From assembly GCA_965203905.1 (NCBI GenBank), contig CBDBDQ010000005.1:2368001-2432000 (forward strand): a stretch of 64,000 nucleotides of DNA, read 5' to 3'. Both the position numbers and the translations under genes were made by a program. The notes beneath the pieces are model-generated. The model searched no databases and was not told the origin of the DNA. It saw only the letters and a list, made by a program, of their open reading frames with translations. Source of the stretch: Spirochaetia bacterium. Lineage in GTDB: Bacteria > Spirochaetota > Spirochaetia > SZUA-6 > Bin103. How positions within the stretch are numbered: position 1 is the stretch's first letter; the number at the start of each line of letters is the position of its first letter. Below are positions 19,446-28,765 of the stretch, in pieces.

Positions 19446-20321
19446 TTGAGATACGCATTGCCGAACAGTCTTCAGCATGATCTGGCCGGATTTCAAGTCT
19501 GTACTGAACTCTATGAGCGCACCAAAGATCGGCGTTTTGATGAAATTGAGATCGACATGCGCAGCACGACTTGGTTGGACGCCGATATGTGTGCAATTAT
19601 CGGTGCACTTCTCTACTATATTGGATCACGCTTGAATACGGTACGGCTTACAAACATAAACTCGCGAGTGCGTTCTGTTCTCTCGAAGAATGGATTTCTC
19701 ACCCATTACGGAGAAGAGAGGATACACGATCGTTGGGGTACGACAATAGCATATCAGAGATTCGACGTACAAGATGACAGATACTTTTCAGAATATATCG
19801 AGAGAGAGTTCATCCATCGCACAGAGATGCCAACGATGTCACTTGGTTTGTTGAAGAAATTCCGTGAGAGTATATTCGAGATTTTTAGCAACGCAGTATT
19901 ACACTCAAATAGCAGATTGGGAATATTCAACTGTGGCCAATACTCCCCTAATCGAGGTCAACTGAATCTTACGGTAGCCGATCTAGGCGTTGGAATGAAG
20001 AAGAATGTGGGCGACCATATTAGGATAGATATCGCGCCGGAGAAGGCAATTGAGTGGGCGACTCAAGAGCGGAATACTACTAAAATAGGCAGTGTTCCTG
20101 GAGGTCTCGGGTTGAAGCTTCTACGCGAATTCATCGACCTAAATCGAGGTTGTATTCAGATAGTGTCAGATGCAGGGTACTGGTGTCGGCAGAACGGCCT
20201 AACTACCATGCATAGGCTCCGACACCAATTTCCCGGAACAGTGGTGAGTGTAGAGATCAATACAACAGATACACACTCATATCGGTTACAGTCAGAAGTG
20301 TCACTCGAGGACATATTTTAA
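19446..20321 (+). CDS. STAS-like + HATPase_c (GHKL) ATP-binding protein, anti-sigma-kinase-like
   Basis: AT-rich insert; N-box FEIFSNAVLHS, G1 VADLGVG, G2 GGLGL, FPGTVV; no HisKA H-box. Confidence 0.8.
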   Translation: MRYALPNSLQHDLAGFQVCTELYERTKDRRFDEIEIDMRSTTWLDADMCAIIGALLYYIGSRLNTVRLTNINSRVRSVLSKNGFLTHYGEERIHDRWGTTIAYQRFDVQDDRYFSEYIEREFIHRTEMPTMSLGLLKKFRESIFEIFSNAVLHSNSRLGIFNCGQYSPNRGQLNLTVADLGVGMKKNVGDHIRIDIAPEKAIEWATQERNTTKIGSVPGGLGLKLLREFIDLNRGCIQIVSDAGYWCRQNGLTTMHRLRHQFPGTVVSVEINTTDTHSYRLQSEVSLEDIF

Positions 20322-20331
20322 GGCATTTAGA

Positions 20332-20711
20332 ATGAAAAATCGGATCACGATTTCGGCATTCGAGGTAATAGGAAGCCCCCTATGTGTGGCTTCCGCGGAC
20401 GGCCAGAAGATCTACGATCGTATCGCGCGAGTTTTGAAAGAGGGTGGATATGCTGCGGTGTCATTTCGAAATGTCAGTACCCTCACGTCTGCTTTTCTAA
20501 ATGCAGCCATTGGTCAGCTATATGGTGAGTTCGACAATGACACGATTCGCAGTAGGATAACGATAGAAGAGATGGAGCCGAACGACATCGCGCTATGAGG
20601 CGCGTAGTTGACACCGCCAAGGAGTACTTCAAAGATCCACAAAGGTTCGAGCAGGCTGTTCGTGATACATTGGGAAACGGAGATGGCGGCTCAGAATCCA
20701 ATATCAGTTGA
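20332..20711 (+). pseudogene. STAS-like DUF4325 protein, frameshifted near 20596
   Basis: DGQKIYDRI...VSFRNVSTLTSAFLNAAIGQLY; continuation RRVVDTAKEYFKDPQRFEQAV in a shifted frame to TGA 20711. Confidence 0.75.
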
Positions 20712-21071
20712 GCACTATGTCTTCCAGGAAGATGACTGTGTATTCCTTGACGCCAATATCTGGTTGTTTGTTTATGGTCCACAGCAACCAAAAGACAAGA
20801 CGAGGATTTATTCGGATGCCCTTAGTCGTATCTTGAAGGCACGGTGCAGAATCTATATCGATATACTGGTAGTGTCAGAAGTAATAAACGCATTTGCAAG
20901 GATTAGATGGAGACTAAACGTATCCAGGCTACCCTTTAAGGTGTTTCGAAACAGCCCTCTGTTTGTACCGGTAGCTGAAGCTGGAAGCTCGTTACGGATG
21001 ACGGCGATTTTGATGCCCAAGGGATACCGGTCATAACCGCCAATTCCGGTCTGCTACGCTCGCGCACATGA
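20683..21071 (+). pseudogene. PIN-domain protein with internal deletion/frameshift
   Basis: VFLDANIW, VVSEVINAF; conserved C-terminal LVTDDGDF...VITAN lies in another frame after about 20985; the segment with the third acidic residue is missing. Confidence 0.75.
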
Positions 21072-21144
21072 AATAGGGGCTCAACACTGAGTAGGCGCAT
21101 CGAAGCAGAATGAACGGGGAAGACAGACGATATGGATTGCGTGA

Positions 21145-22260
21145 TCAGGGCAATTTCGTGGCTTCGGAGGCTGCCTCGACTGGAAGATGCGTGGTGAGAA
21201 ACCGGACTGCATTATTGCTCAGGATCCCCGCGATCTGTTCATCAGTATAGCCGCGTTCGGTCAGGATTCCTCCCAGCCGCTGCAGGTCGGCGATCGTGGT
21301 CAGTTCGCGCGGCGTCTGCTCGGAGCCGAAGCCGCCGTCCAGGTCGCTGCCGACGGCGGCCTGCGACGCGTTTCCCGCGAGCTGGCAGATGTGATCGACG
21401 TGGTCGGCCAGCGTGGTCATCGGCACCTGCTCGCTGCTGGTCTCGCCGCGTACCCAGCCGGGGTAGAGCATCCAGGCGTCGCAGGCCACGGCCACGATGC
21501 CGCCGCGCTCCAGCACCAGGCGCAGTTGCTCGTCGGTAAACTGGCGTCCGCCGGGGACCAGGGCGCGGCAGTTCTGGTGGCTTGCCAGCACCGGCCCGGG
21601 AAAGCGGTCGAGGGCCTGGAAGAACGCAGGATCCGAGAGATGGGTCAGGTCCAGGATCAGGCCTGCCTCCGCGAATGCGTCCAGCAGCTTGCGGCCGGCC
21701 GCGGTCAAATCCCCGTCGGTGCCGGTGCCGCCGGCGTAGCGACCCAGCCCGTAGTGCACCAGGCTGGCCACCCGCAGGCCGGCGGCATGCCAGCGTGCCA
21801 CGTGGCCGGGTGAGATGATCGGGTCGCTGCCCTCCATGGCCAGCACGATACCCACCCGGCGTTCCTCGCCCGCCCGCCAGCGCCGGGCGTGCGCCTGAAG
21901 CTCGTCGCCGGTGGCGAGCAGCGCCACCTCGCCCGCTTCCTCCAGCGCCCGGTACCAGGCGAGCTGCCCGGTGGCGACCGCCCCCGCCGCCGCCGGCGTC
22001 GGGTAATCGAGCAGGCCGCCGTGGATTGCCGTCGCGCCCACCGGAGTGCGCGCGATCAGCGTCGCCATGCACAGCCCCACGCCACCGGCGCGCATCTCGG
22101 GCAGGGTGGTGGTGGCGCGGCCGCGGCCCCGCTCGTCGGTCAGGCCGCGCTCGCGGTCGTTGAGCCGCTCCAGCGGCAGCGTGAGGTCGCGCCGGAAGCC
22201 GAGCGCGTTCCAGGCCAGGTCCAGGTGGCAGTCGAAGATGAGCCGGGCATCGTGGTGCAT
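21145..22260 (-). CDS. Membrane dipeptidase (peptidase M19)
   Basis: IFDCHLDL, LAMEG, LDLTH, ASHQN, VGSDLDGG. Confidence 0.9.
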   Translation of the reverse strand: MHHDARLIFDCHLDLAWNALGFRRDLTLPLERLNDRERGLTDERGRGRATTTLPEMRAGGVGLCMATLIARTPVGATAIHGGLLDYPTPAAAGAVATGQLAWYRALEEAGEVALLATGDELQAHARRWRAGEERRVGIVLAMEGSDPIISPGHVARWHAAGLRVASLVHYGLGRYAGGTGTDGDLTAAGRKLLDAFAEAGLILDLTHLSDPAFFQALDRFPGPVLASHQNCRALVPGGRQFTDEQLRLVLERGGIVAVACDAWMLYPGWVRGETSSEQVPMTTLADHVDHICQLAGNASQAAVGSDLDGGFGSEQTPRELTTIADLQRLGGILTERGYTDEQIAGILSNNAVRFLTTHLPVEAASEATKLP

Positions 22261-22268
22261 GTGCTACA

Positions 22269-23930
22269 GTGCAGCGCACCGTGCGGATTACGTCCAGTGA
22301 CCATTACATAGGCCGTCGCTCGCCGGCGCTCTCCAGCCGCGGCATGGTGGCCTCGTCGTCGCCGCAGGCGTCCCTGTTCGGCCTGCGCATGCTCGCCGCC
22401 GGGGGCAGCGCGGCCGACGCGGCGCTGGCGGCGGCCGCCGGCATGCAGGTCACCATGCCCTGCCAGACCGGCCTCGGCGGCGACTGTTTCGTGCTCTACT
22501 ACGAGGCGGCGAGCGGCACCGTGCACGCCCTCAACGGCTCCGGACGCAACGCCCGCGGACTGAGCCTGGAGCTGCTGCGGCGCGAGGGGCTGGCGACCGC
22601 CCTGCCCGCCGGCCACGCCCACAACGTGACCGTGCCGGGCGCCCCCGCCGCCTGGTCCGACCTGCACGCCCGCTTCGGCATCCTGCCGCGCGCGCAGGTG
22701 GTGGAGCCGGCCGCCGAGCTGGCCGCCGCCGGGTACCCGGTGGCCCCCATCAGCGCGCGCCTGTGGCAGGCCGCCGCCGGCCAGCTCCTGGCGGCCCGCC
22801 ACGGTGGAGAGCTGCTCGTGCAGGGACGCGCCCCCCATGCGGGCGAAGTGATGCGTATCCCGACGCTGGCCGCCTCGCTGCGCGCCTGGGGCGACGTCGG
22901 CGCGGAGCCGTTCTACCGCGGGCCGATCGCCGAGCAGGTGGTGGCCGCCGTGCGCGAGGCGGGCGGCGTGCTGGCCGTGGAAGACCTGGCCGCGCACCGC
23001 AGCGAATGGGTGCAGCCGCTGTCCGTCGACTACCGTGGCAGGCGGATCTGGGAGTGCCCGCCCAACGGCCAGGGCCTGGCGGTGCTGGTCGCCCTGCAGA
23101 TCCTCGGCCGCTTCGAGTTGCCCGCCGCGTCGGGCCCCCATCCGGGCGCGGATCGGTATCACCTGCTGATCGAGTGCATGCGCCGCGGCTTCGCCGTTGC
23201 GGCCCGCTACGTGGCCGACCCCGAGCACGCGGAGCTGCCCCTGGACCAGCTCCTGGACGGCGACTACGCGGCCGCGCTCGCGCGCCACGTCGATCCGCAC
23301 CGGGCCAGCGCTCCACCCGTGGGCGGGGAGGAACCGGTGCCTGCCGCGGACACCATCTACCTGTGCGCCGCCGACGGCGCCGGCAACGCCTGCTCCTTCA
23401 TCGGCAGCAACTACATGAGCTTCGGCACCGGCATCGTGCCGCGCGGGTGCGGCTATTCACTGCAGAACCGCGGCGCCGGGTTCTCCCTCGATCCGCGCCA
23501 CGCCAACGCCCTGGCGCCCGGCAAGCGTCCCTATCACACCATCATCCCGGGCATGATCACGGACTCGGACGGCGCACTGCAGGCGGCATTCGGGGTAATG
23601 GGCGGCTTCATGCAGCCGCAGGGTCACCTGCAGGTGGTGTCGGCCCTGGTGGACGATGCCGTGGATCCGCAGGCGGCCCTGGACCGGCCCCGGTTCCAGC
23701 TCGCCGCCGGCAGCGTGGCGGGGCTACCGGGCGCCCCGGTGGCACTGGAAGAAGGCCTGGAACAGGTGGCCGGGGACCTGGAAGGCCGCGGTCACCGGGT
23801 GCAGATGGTGGCCGGAGCCGAACGTCCCGGGTTCGGGCGCGGGCAGGTGATCTGGCGCGACGGGGAAGGCGTGCTGTGGGGCGGCAGCGACCCGCGCGCC
23901 GACGGCTGCGCCCTGGGCGTGCCGGGATGA
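22269..23930 (+). CDS. ggt: Gamma-glutamyltransferase family protein
   Basis: GLGGDCF, VTVPGA, WECPPNGQG, DTIYL nucleophile Thr, KRPYHTIIPG, GVMGGFMQPQG, GGSDPRADG. Confidence 0.92.
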   Translation: MQRTVRITSSDHYIGRRSPALSSRGMVASSSPQASLFGLRMLAAGGSAADAALAAAAGMQVTMPCQTGLGGDCFVLYYEAASGTVHALNGSGRNARGLSLELLRREGLATALPAGHAHNVTVPGAPAAWSDLHARFGILPRAQVVEPAAELAAAGYPVAPISARLWQAAAGQLLAARHGGELLVQGRAPHAGEVMRIPTLAASLRAWGDVGAEPFYRGPIAEQVVAAVREAGGVLAVEDLAAHRSEWVQPLSVDYRGRRIWECPPNGQGLAVLVALQILGRFELPAASGPHPGADRYHLLIECMRRGFAVAARYVADPEHAELPLDQLLDGDYAAALARHVDPHRASAPPVGGEEPVPAADTIYLCAADGAGNACSFIGSNYMSFGTGIVPRGCGYSLQNRGAGFSLDPRHANALAPGKRPYHTIIPGMITDSDGALQAAFGVMGGFMQPQGHLQVVSALVDDAVDPQAALDRPRFQLAAGSVAGLPGAPVALEEGLEQVAGDLEGRGHRVQMVAGAERPGFGRGQVIWRDGEGVLWGGSDPRADGCALGVPG

Positions 23931-24135
23931 TGACAACGGAAGTATTATGCCACAATCACGCGAATGTGGCGTACAAAACAACTAATGCGCCACGTGTGGC
24001 ACACAACGTCGGCATTTGGGTTTGGAGAGTACGCCCTTCTTTGCCGGGGGCGTCACAGCACCATTCGACCCTCGACGAGGTTCACCAGAGCCGGGAATCC
24101 CAGTACGTTGGCGCGACGGCCGTTGCCGGCGCTTA

Positions 24136-25444
24136 GGAGTCTCGCCAAAATAAGCTGGTCTTTTAGTCACTGTCGGGGAGTCAGCATGTAGTTCCATTCG
24201 CCGTGAAACCGATCGCGCTTCAGATTCAGTGCCTGCATCTGTTCGTCGCTCACCGTCTGCCCCGTCGGGTAGCTGTTGTGGTCCAACTCCGAGCGGATCG
24301 TCAAGCCGCTCCTGGTTCTCGTGTGGCCGATCAGGTTCACCACCACCTGCCGGCTCACCAGCGGTCGCCCGCGCCAGTTCTCGGTGATGTGACAGAACAT
24401 CCGATGCTCGATCTTGTTCCACTTGCTGGTCCCCGGCGGAAAGTGACACACCGAGATGCGCAGCCCCGTGGCATCGGCGAACTGCTGCAACTCCACCTTC
24501 CACAGCCGACTGCGACTGCTGTTGGAACCGCCCCCGTCGGCCGTGATCAGCAACCGCCGCGCCTGTGGATACGCCATATGGCCCATCCTCTGCCACCACC
24601 TCCGCAGTGTCTCCACGGCGAATACCGCGGTGTCGTGATCCTCCCCCACGCTCACCCAGCCGGTGTCACCGGTCACGTCGTAGATCCCGTACGGAATCGC
24701 CTTGCCGAGCGTCTTATCCACGAAATCGTGCACCTTGACGCGCTCCGGTTGGCCCTTCGGGCGCCACTCTCGACCCCCGTTGCGGTACTCGCCCACCAAC
24801 TCCTTTTTCTTGGTGTCAACAGAAACTACCGGCTGCCGCAGAGCCTGAAACGCGCGCACCCTCCGGTTGATGTGCTTGAACTGCGCATCGCGGTCGACAT
24901 GCTGCGTGCCTTCCAGCGTCTTGCGGTTGGCCTGCAGGCTGTAGCCCAACTCATGCAACAGCCGGTTCACGGTCCGCTCGCTCACCGGGTGACCGGCCGC
25001 CTGCAGTTCCTCGGCCAGCCGCGCCGCGCTACTGCAGGTCCACAGCAACGGCCCCATCGGGTCGCCGCGGGTGACCGGGTCGACCAACCGCTCCAGCGCC
25101 TGTGTCAACTTCGGGTCGCGGGCGGTCAACGGCTTACGGCCTGCGCCGGGTCGTCGCTGGCGTCCGCTGTTGGCTTGTGCCCCTGCTGCTGCGCCGGCAT
25201 CCAGTTCCTTCAGCCCGGCGTGAATGGTGGTCCGCGAGATCCCGGTGGCGGCTGCCACACAGGCGATGCCGCCACGGCCCAGCAGGCGCGCCTCCACCGC
25301 AGCCCAGCGGCGCCGGAGGCGCTCGTCAAACAATGGATTCAGGGCTGCGAACTTGGTCTTGACCGCTTGGGTGAGAATTGGGTCCACTACGTCTGAGTAG
25401 ATTATCGGCTACTCCTTTCGACCACTTTATTTTGGCGAGATCCC
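24136..25444 (-). mobile_element. ISAzo13-family insertion sequence
   Basis: Imperfect 25-bp TIRs (GGAGTCTCGCCAAAATAAGCTGGTC vs GGGATCTCGCCAAAATAAAGTGGTC) flanked by TTA direct repeats at 24133-24135 and 25445-25447. Confidence 0.9.
24167..25387 (-). CDS. ISAzo13-family (Rhodopirellula-type) DDE transposase
   Basis: VSVDTKKKELVG, ITADGGGSN, PPGTSKWNKIEHR, FHGEWNY. Confidence 0.95.
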   Translation of the reverse strand: MDPILTQAVKTKFAALNPLFDERLRRRWAAVEARLLGRGGIACVAAATGISRTTIHAGLKELDAGAAAGAQANSGRQRRPGAGRKPLTARDPKLTQALERLVDPVTRGDPMGPLLWTCSSAARLAEELQAAGHPVSERTVNRLLHELGYSLQANRKTLEGTQHVDRDAQFKHINRRVRAFQALRQPVVSVDTKKKELVGEYRNGGREWRPKGQPERVKVHDFVDKTLGKAIPYGIYDVTGDTGWVSVGEDHDTAVFAVETLRRWWQRMGHMAYPQARRLLITADGGGSNSSRSRLWKVELQQFADATGLRISVCHFPPGTSKWNKIEHRMFCHITENWRGRPLVSRQVVVNLIGHTRTRSGLTIRSELDHNSYPTGQTVSDEQMQALNLKRDRFHGEWNYMLTPRQ

Positions 25445-25744
25445 TTACCGTCGTCAGAATGCCCGCTTCGAGCAGGACTCGGAGCAACCGATGCGCCGTT
25501 CGCGGTGGCAACCCTGCCGTCGCGGCGTCCGGATGGGGAACCGCGGCGAGCACGCCATCGTAACGCGCGACCGCGGCTGACGCAGGGCCTATCAGGGGAA
25601 TCAGCTTCGGCCAGTCCAGCCGCGCGTCCGGTGGGAAAGCGCCTCTGCGGTAGTGGACCGGCGGCATCAGGCGCCCACCACGAGATGCTGCCGACTGCTA
25701 AACGTTGTGGATGCCGGATGACCGCGGGCGCTCGTGGGAGAGCC

Positions 25745-25981
25745 TCAGCGATACCTGGCGATGAGCCGGTCGACCTTGGGCTTGTCGAAGCCGACCACGA
25801 TGGTGCCGTGGAAGTCGAGCACCGGCACCGCGGTCTGGCGCGACTTGTGCAGCATCTCGCCGGCCTTGCGCTCGTCGCGCGACACGTCGTAGTCCACGAA
25901 CTTGACGCTGCGCTGGCGCAGATAGTTCTTGAGCTGGTCGCAGAAGGTGCAAGTGGGGGTCGAGTAGATGCGAACCGCCAT
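25745..25981 (-). CDS. Glutaredoxin/NrdH-like redoxin (YruB type)
   Basis: IYSTPTCTFC, AVPV, VVGFD; lies at the end of a long shadow ORF. Confidence 0.9.
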   Translation of the reverse strand: MAVRIYSTPTCTFCDQLKNYLRQRSVKFVDYDVSRDERKAGEMLHKSRQTAVPVLDFHGTIVVGFDKPKVDRLIARYR

Positions 25982-25999
25982 TACCATCACCATTATACC

Positions 26000-27370
26000 A
26001 TGGCTGCCAGCGACAGACCCAACGTCATCGTCTTCTTCACCGACCAGCAGCGCTGGGACACCGCGGGCGTGCACGGCAACCCCGCCGGGCTCACCCCCAA
26101 CTTCGACCGCATGGCGGTCGAGGGCACCCACCTGTTCAACTCGTTCACCTGCCAGCCGGTGTGCGGCCCGGCCCGTTCCTGCCTGCAGACCGGCCGCTAC
26201 GCCACCGAGACCGGCGTGTGGCACAACGGGCCGGGGCTGCCCGACGACCTGCCCACCCTGGCCGGACTGTTCGGCGCGGCCGGCTACCGCACCGGCTACC
26301 TCGGCAAGTGGCACCTGAGCAGCGCCGGGCCCGCCGCCGTGCCGCCCGAGCAACGCGGCGGCTACCGGGACTGGCTGGCGTCCAACGTCCTGGAGTTCAC
26401 CTCCGACGCCTACCGCACCCGGATGTACGACGGCGCCGGGGACGCGGTGGACCTGCCCGGCTACCGGGTCGACGCGGTCGCCGACGCGGCCATCCGCTAC
26501 GTCGACGCGCGCTCCCGCGAGGCGGACCCCTTCCTCCTGTTCCTCTCCTTCATCGAGCCGCACTTTCAGAACAGCCGCGACGACTACCCGGCCCCGACCG
26601 GCTACGAGGAGAGTTACACCGGGACGTGGGTACCGCCCGACCTGGCCGCCCTCGGCGGCTCCACCCACCAGCACCTGGCCGGCTACTACGGCATGGTCAG
26701 GCGTCTCGACGAGGCGCTGGGACGGCTGCAGGACGCCCTGCGCAGCCTCGACCTGCTGCGCTCGACGGTGCTGCTGTACACCACCGACCACGGCTGCCAC
26801 TTCAAGACCCGCAACGGCGAGTACAAGCGTTCCTGCCACGAGAGCTCGGTGCGGCTGCCCACCGCCCTGACCGGCCCCGGCTTCGACGGCGGCGGCCGCG
26901 TGCAGCAGCTCACCAGCCTGATCGACCTGCCCCGTACCCTGCTCGACGCCGCCGGCATCACCCCGCCCGCCGAGATGCGCGGCCGTTCGGTGCTGCCGCT
27001 GCTGAGCGACCCGGCGGCGCGCACCGACTGGCCGGACGACGTGTTCATCCAGATCAGCGAGAGCCAGGTGGGACGGGCCGTGCGCACCGCGCGCTGGAAG
27101 TACGGGGTCACCGCGCCGGGGATCGGCGGCAGGCGGCAGCCGGCGGCGGACCGCTACCAGGAACAGTACCTGTACGATCTGCTGGCCGACCGCTACGAGC
27201 TGAACAACCTGGCAGGCAGTACGGCGCACGCCGAAGTGGCGCGCCGCCTGCGCCGGCGGCTGCTGCGCCACCTGCGCGCGGTGGAGGGGGCCGAACCCGC
27301 CATCGAGCCTGCCGGGGCGCGCAGCGGCGGTGGCATCCGGGTAGGGGCGGAGGAGCTGGCGGGCCTGTAG
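26000..27370 (+). CDS. Sulfatase
   Basis: PNVIVFFTDQQR, CGPAR formylglycine motif, GKWHL, TDHG. Confidence 0.93.
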   Translation: MAASDRPNVIVFFTDQQRWDTAGVHGNPAGLTPNFDRMAVEGTHLFNSFTCQPVCGPARSCLQTGRYATETGVWHNGPGLPDDLPTLAGLFGAAGYRTGYLGKWHLSSAGPAAVPPEQRGGYRDWLASNVLEFTSDAYRTRMYDGAGDAVDLPGYRVDAVADAAIRYVDARSREADPFLLFLSFIEPHFQNSRDDYPAPTGYEESYTGTWVPPDLAALGGSTHQHLAGYYGMVRRLDEALGRLQDALRSLDLLRSTVLLYTTDHGCHFKTRNGEYKRSCHESSVRLPTALTGPGFDGGGRVQQLTSLIDLPRTLLDAAGITPPAEMRGRSVLPLLSDPAARTDWPDDVFIQISESQVGRAVRTARWKYGVTAPGIGGRRQPAADRYQEQYLYDLLADRYELNNLAGSTAHAEVARRLRRRLLRHLRAVEGAEPAIEPAGARSGGGIRVGAEELAGL

Positions 27371-27448
27371 CCGAGGCCGTGCGCGGGGCGTTCCCGCACG
27401 CCGGGTCCGGCGGTTGACGGCCGGCGCCGCCGCCGGCACGGTAGCCGG

Positions 27449-28765
27449 GTGGAGGAGCTCGGTCCGCGCGGCCTGGAAGGGTCCTGGAGCGCGGAGATAC
27501 GCCGCCTCGAACGGGAGGAAGCCCACCTCACCGCGCGGGTAGCGGAAGAGGAACGGCGCTTCGCGGGCCTGAAGGACCTGGACGATGTGTTCGCGCTCGT
27601 CGCGGTCCGTTTCTCGCTGGCGCTGCGGATCCTCGACGGCCTGCGTGCGACCGGAGAGCCGGCGCCGCGCCTGTATCGGCGCGCCCGCGACTGCGCCACC
27701 CGCGGCCTGGCGCTGCTGGAGGAGCTGCTGGCGGCGGGAATCTCGCTCGATCAGCGCGAGCTGGTCACCGGTGACGCCGGCTACCGGCGCGCCCAGGAGC
27801 TGTTTCAGCAACTGCTGCTGCGCGGCGGCGGGGCGCTGTTCGAGCCGGACGAGACCCCGGCGGCCACTTCGCGCGCGCTGGCACGCATCGTGGTGCAGGC
27901 GCTTCGCAAGCACGCGGCACGCGACGACACTTACGCGCCGCTGTTCCACACCGAGCGGCTGCCGCGGCCGTGGCGGGGCGTGGTGAAGAGTCTGCTGCGG
28001 ACCGTGGCATGGGAGGGACAGGCCGACCCTCCCTACGGGGTGGAGGAGGACGCGGAGCAGGAGCAACTGGTGGCCGAGCGCATCAGGCTGCCCCTGTCGC
28101 AGGCGATCCGGCTGTTCGAGGAGGAGATCCTGCCGCCGCTGCGGCAACGGCTGGAGCAGGCTCCGGGGGACGCCCGGCTGCAGCAGGAGATCGCGCGCAT
28201 CAGCGGCCAGCTCGAGGAGCTGCGGCGCATGCGCTTCATCCCCCGTTCCACGCCGATCGTGGTGGAGCACGGCCTCTACACGCAGTGGCTGACCGGCTAC
28301 ACGGTGGATGGGGAAGCGCTGGTGAGCGTGCCGTTGCGGGTGACCTACCGCGGCGGCACCAACCTGGACCGCGCGCAGCAACTGATCCAGGACGAGATTA
28401 CCCGCAAGGCGGCCGGACGCGGCATCAGCCCGGACCTCGACGCCTCCTACCGCCACCTGCGCTCGCTGCAGAGCGGCATCCGCGGCAGCAGCCGCACCCC
28501 CAGCCTGCGTCTGAACGCCAAGCGCGGGTTCCAGGCCCTCAAGCAGACCGTGCCGTCGCTGGCGCGGCTGGAGGACCGTACCGAGCTGCGCCGCCTGATG
28601 GCGCTGGTCACCAGTTCCTCGCGCTGGCGCGCGGAGCGGGAGATCGCGGCGTTGCTGGCGGCGGGGCGCGACCTGTCCCTGCCGGCACGCGACGGGAATG
28701 GCACCGCCGGGCCGGCCGGCGAGGCCCCGCGGGAGGGCGGGGATGGGCCGGCTCCCGCTCCTTAG
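27449..28765 (+). CDS. Hypothetical helical protein
   Basis: 438-aa ORF with host-like codon usage filling the gap between sulfatase and MFS; no motif recognised. Confidence 0.7.
   Translation: MEELGPRGLEGSWSAEIRRLEREEAHLTARVAEEERRFAGLKDLDDVFALVAVRFSLALRILDGLRATGEPAPRLYRRARDCATRGLALLEELLAAGISLDQRELVTGDAGYRRAQELFQQLLLRGGGALFEPDETPAATSRALARIVVQALRKHAARDDTYAPLFHTERLPRPWRGVVKSLLRTVAWEGQADPPYGVEEDAEQEQLVAERIRLPLSQAIRLFEEEILPPLRQRLEQAPGDARLQQEIARISGQLEELRRMRFIPRSTPIVVEHGLYTQWLTGYTVDGEALVSVPLRVTYRGGTNLDRAQQLIQDEITRKAAGRGISPDLDASYRHLRSLQSGIRGSSRTPSLRLNAKRGFQALKQTVPSLARLEDRTELRRLMALVTSSSRWRAEREIAALLAAGRDLSLPARDGNGTAGPAGEAPREGGDGPAPAP

Larger units (their letters stand above)
24053..25667 (-). pseudogene. 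Fic-family gene remnant (catalytic core deleted), interrupted by ISAzo13
   Basis: N-terminus HYRRGAFPP...LDWPKLIPLIGPASAAVARYDG joined directly to C-terminal HTH; frame continues across the IS as TVSAGNGRRANVLGFPALVNLVEG. Confidence 0.7.
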
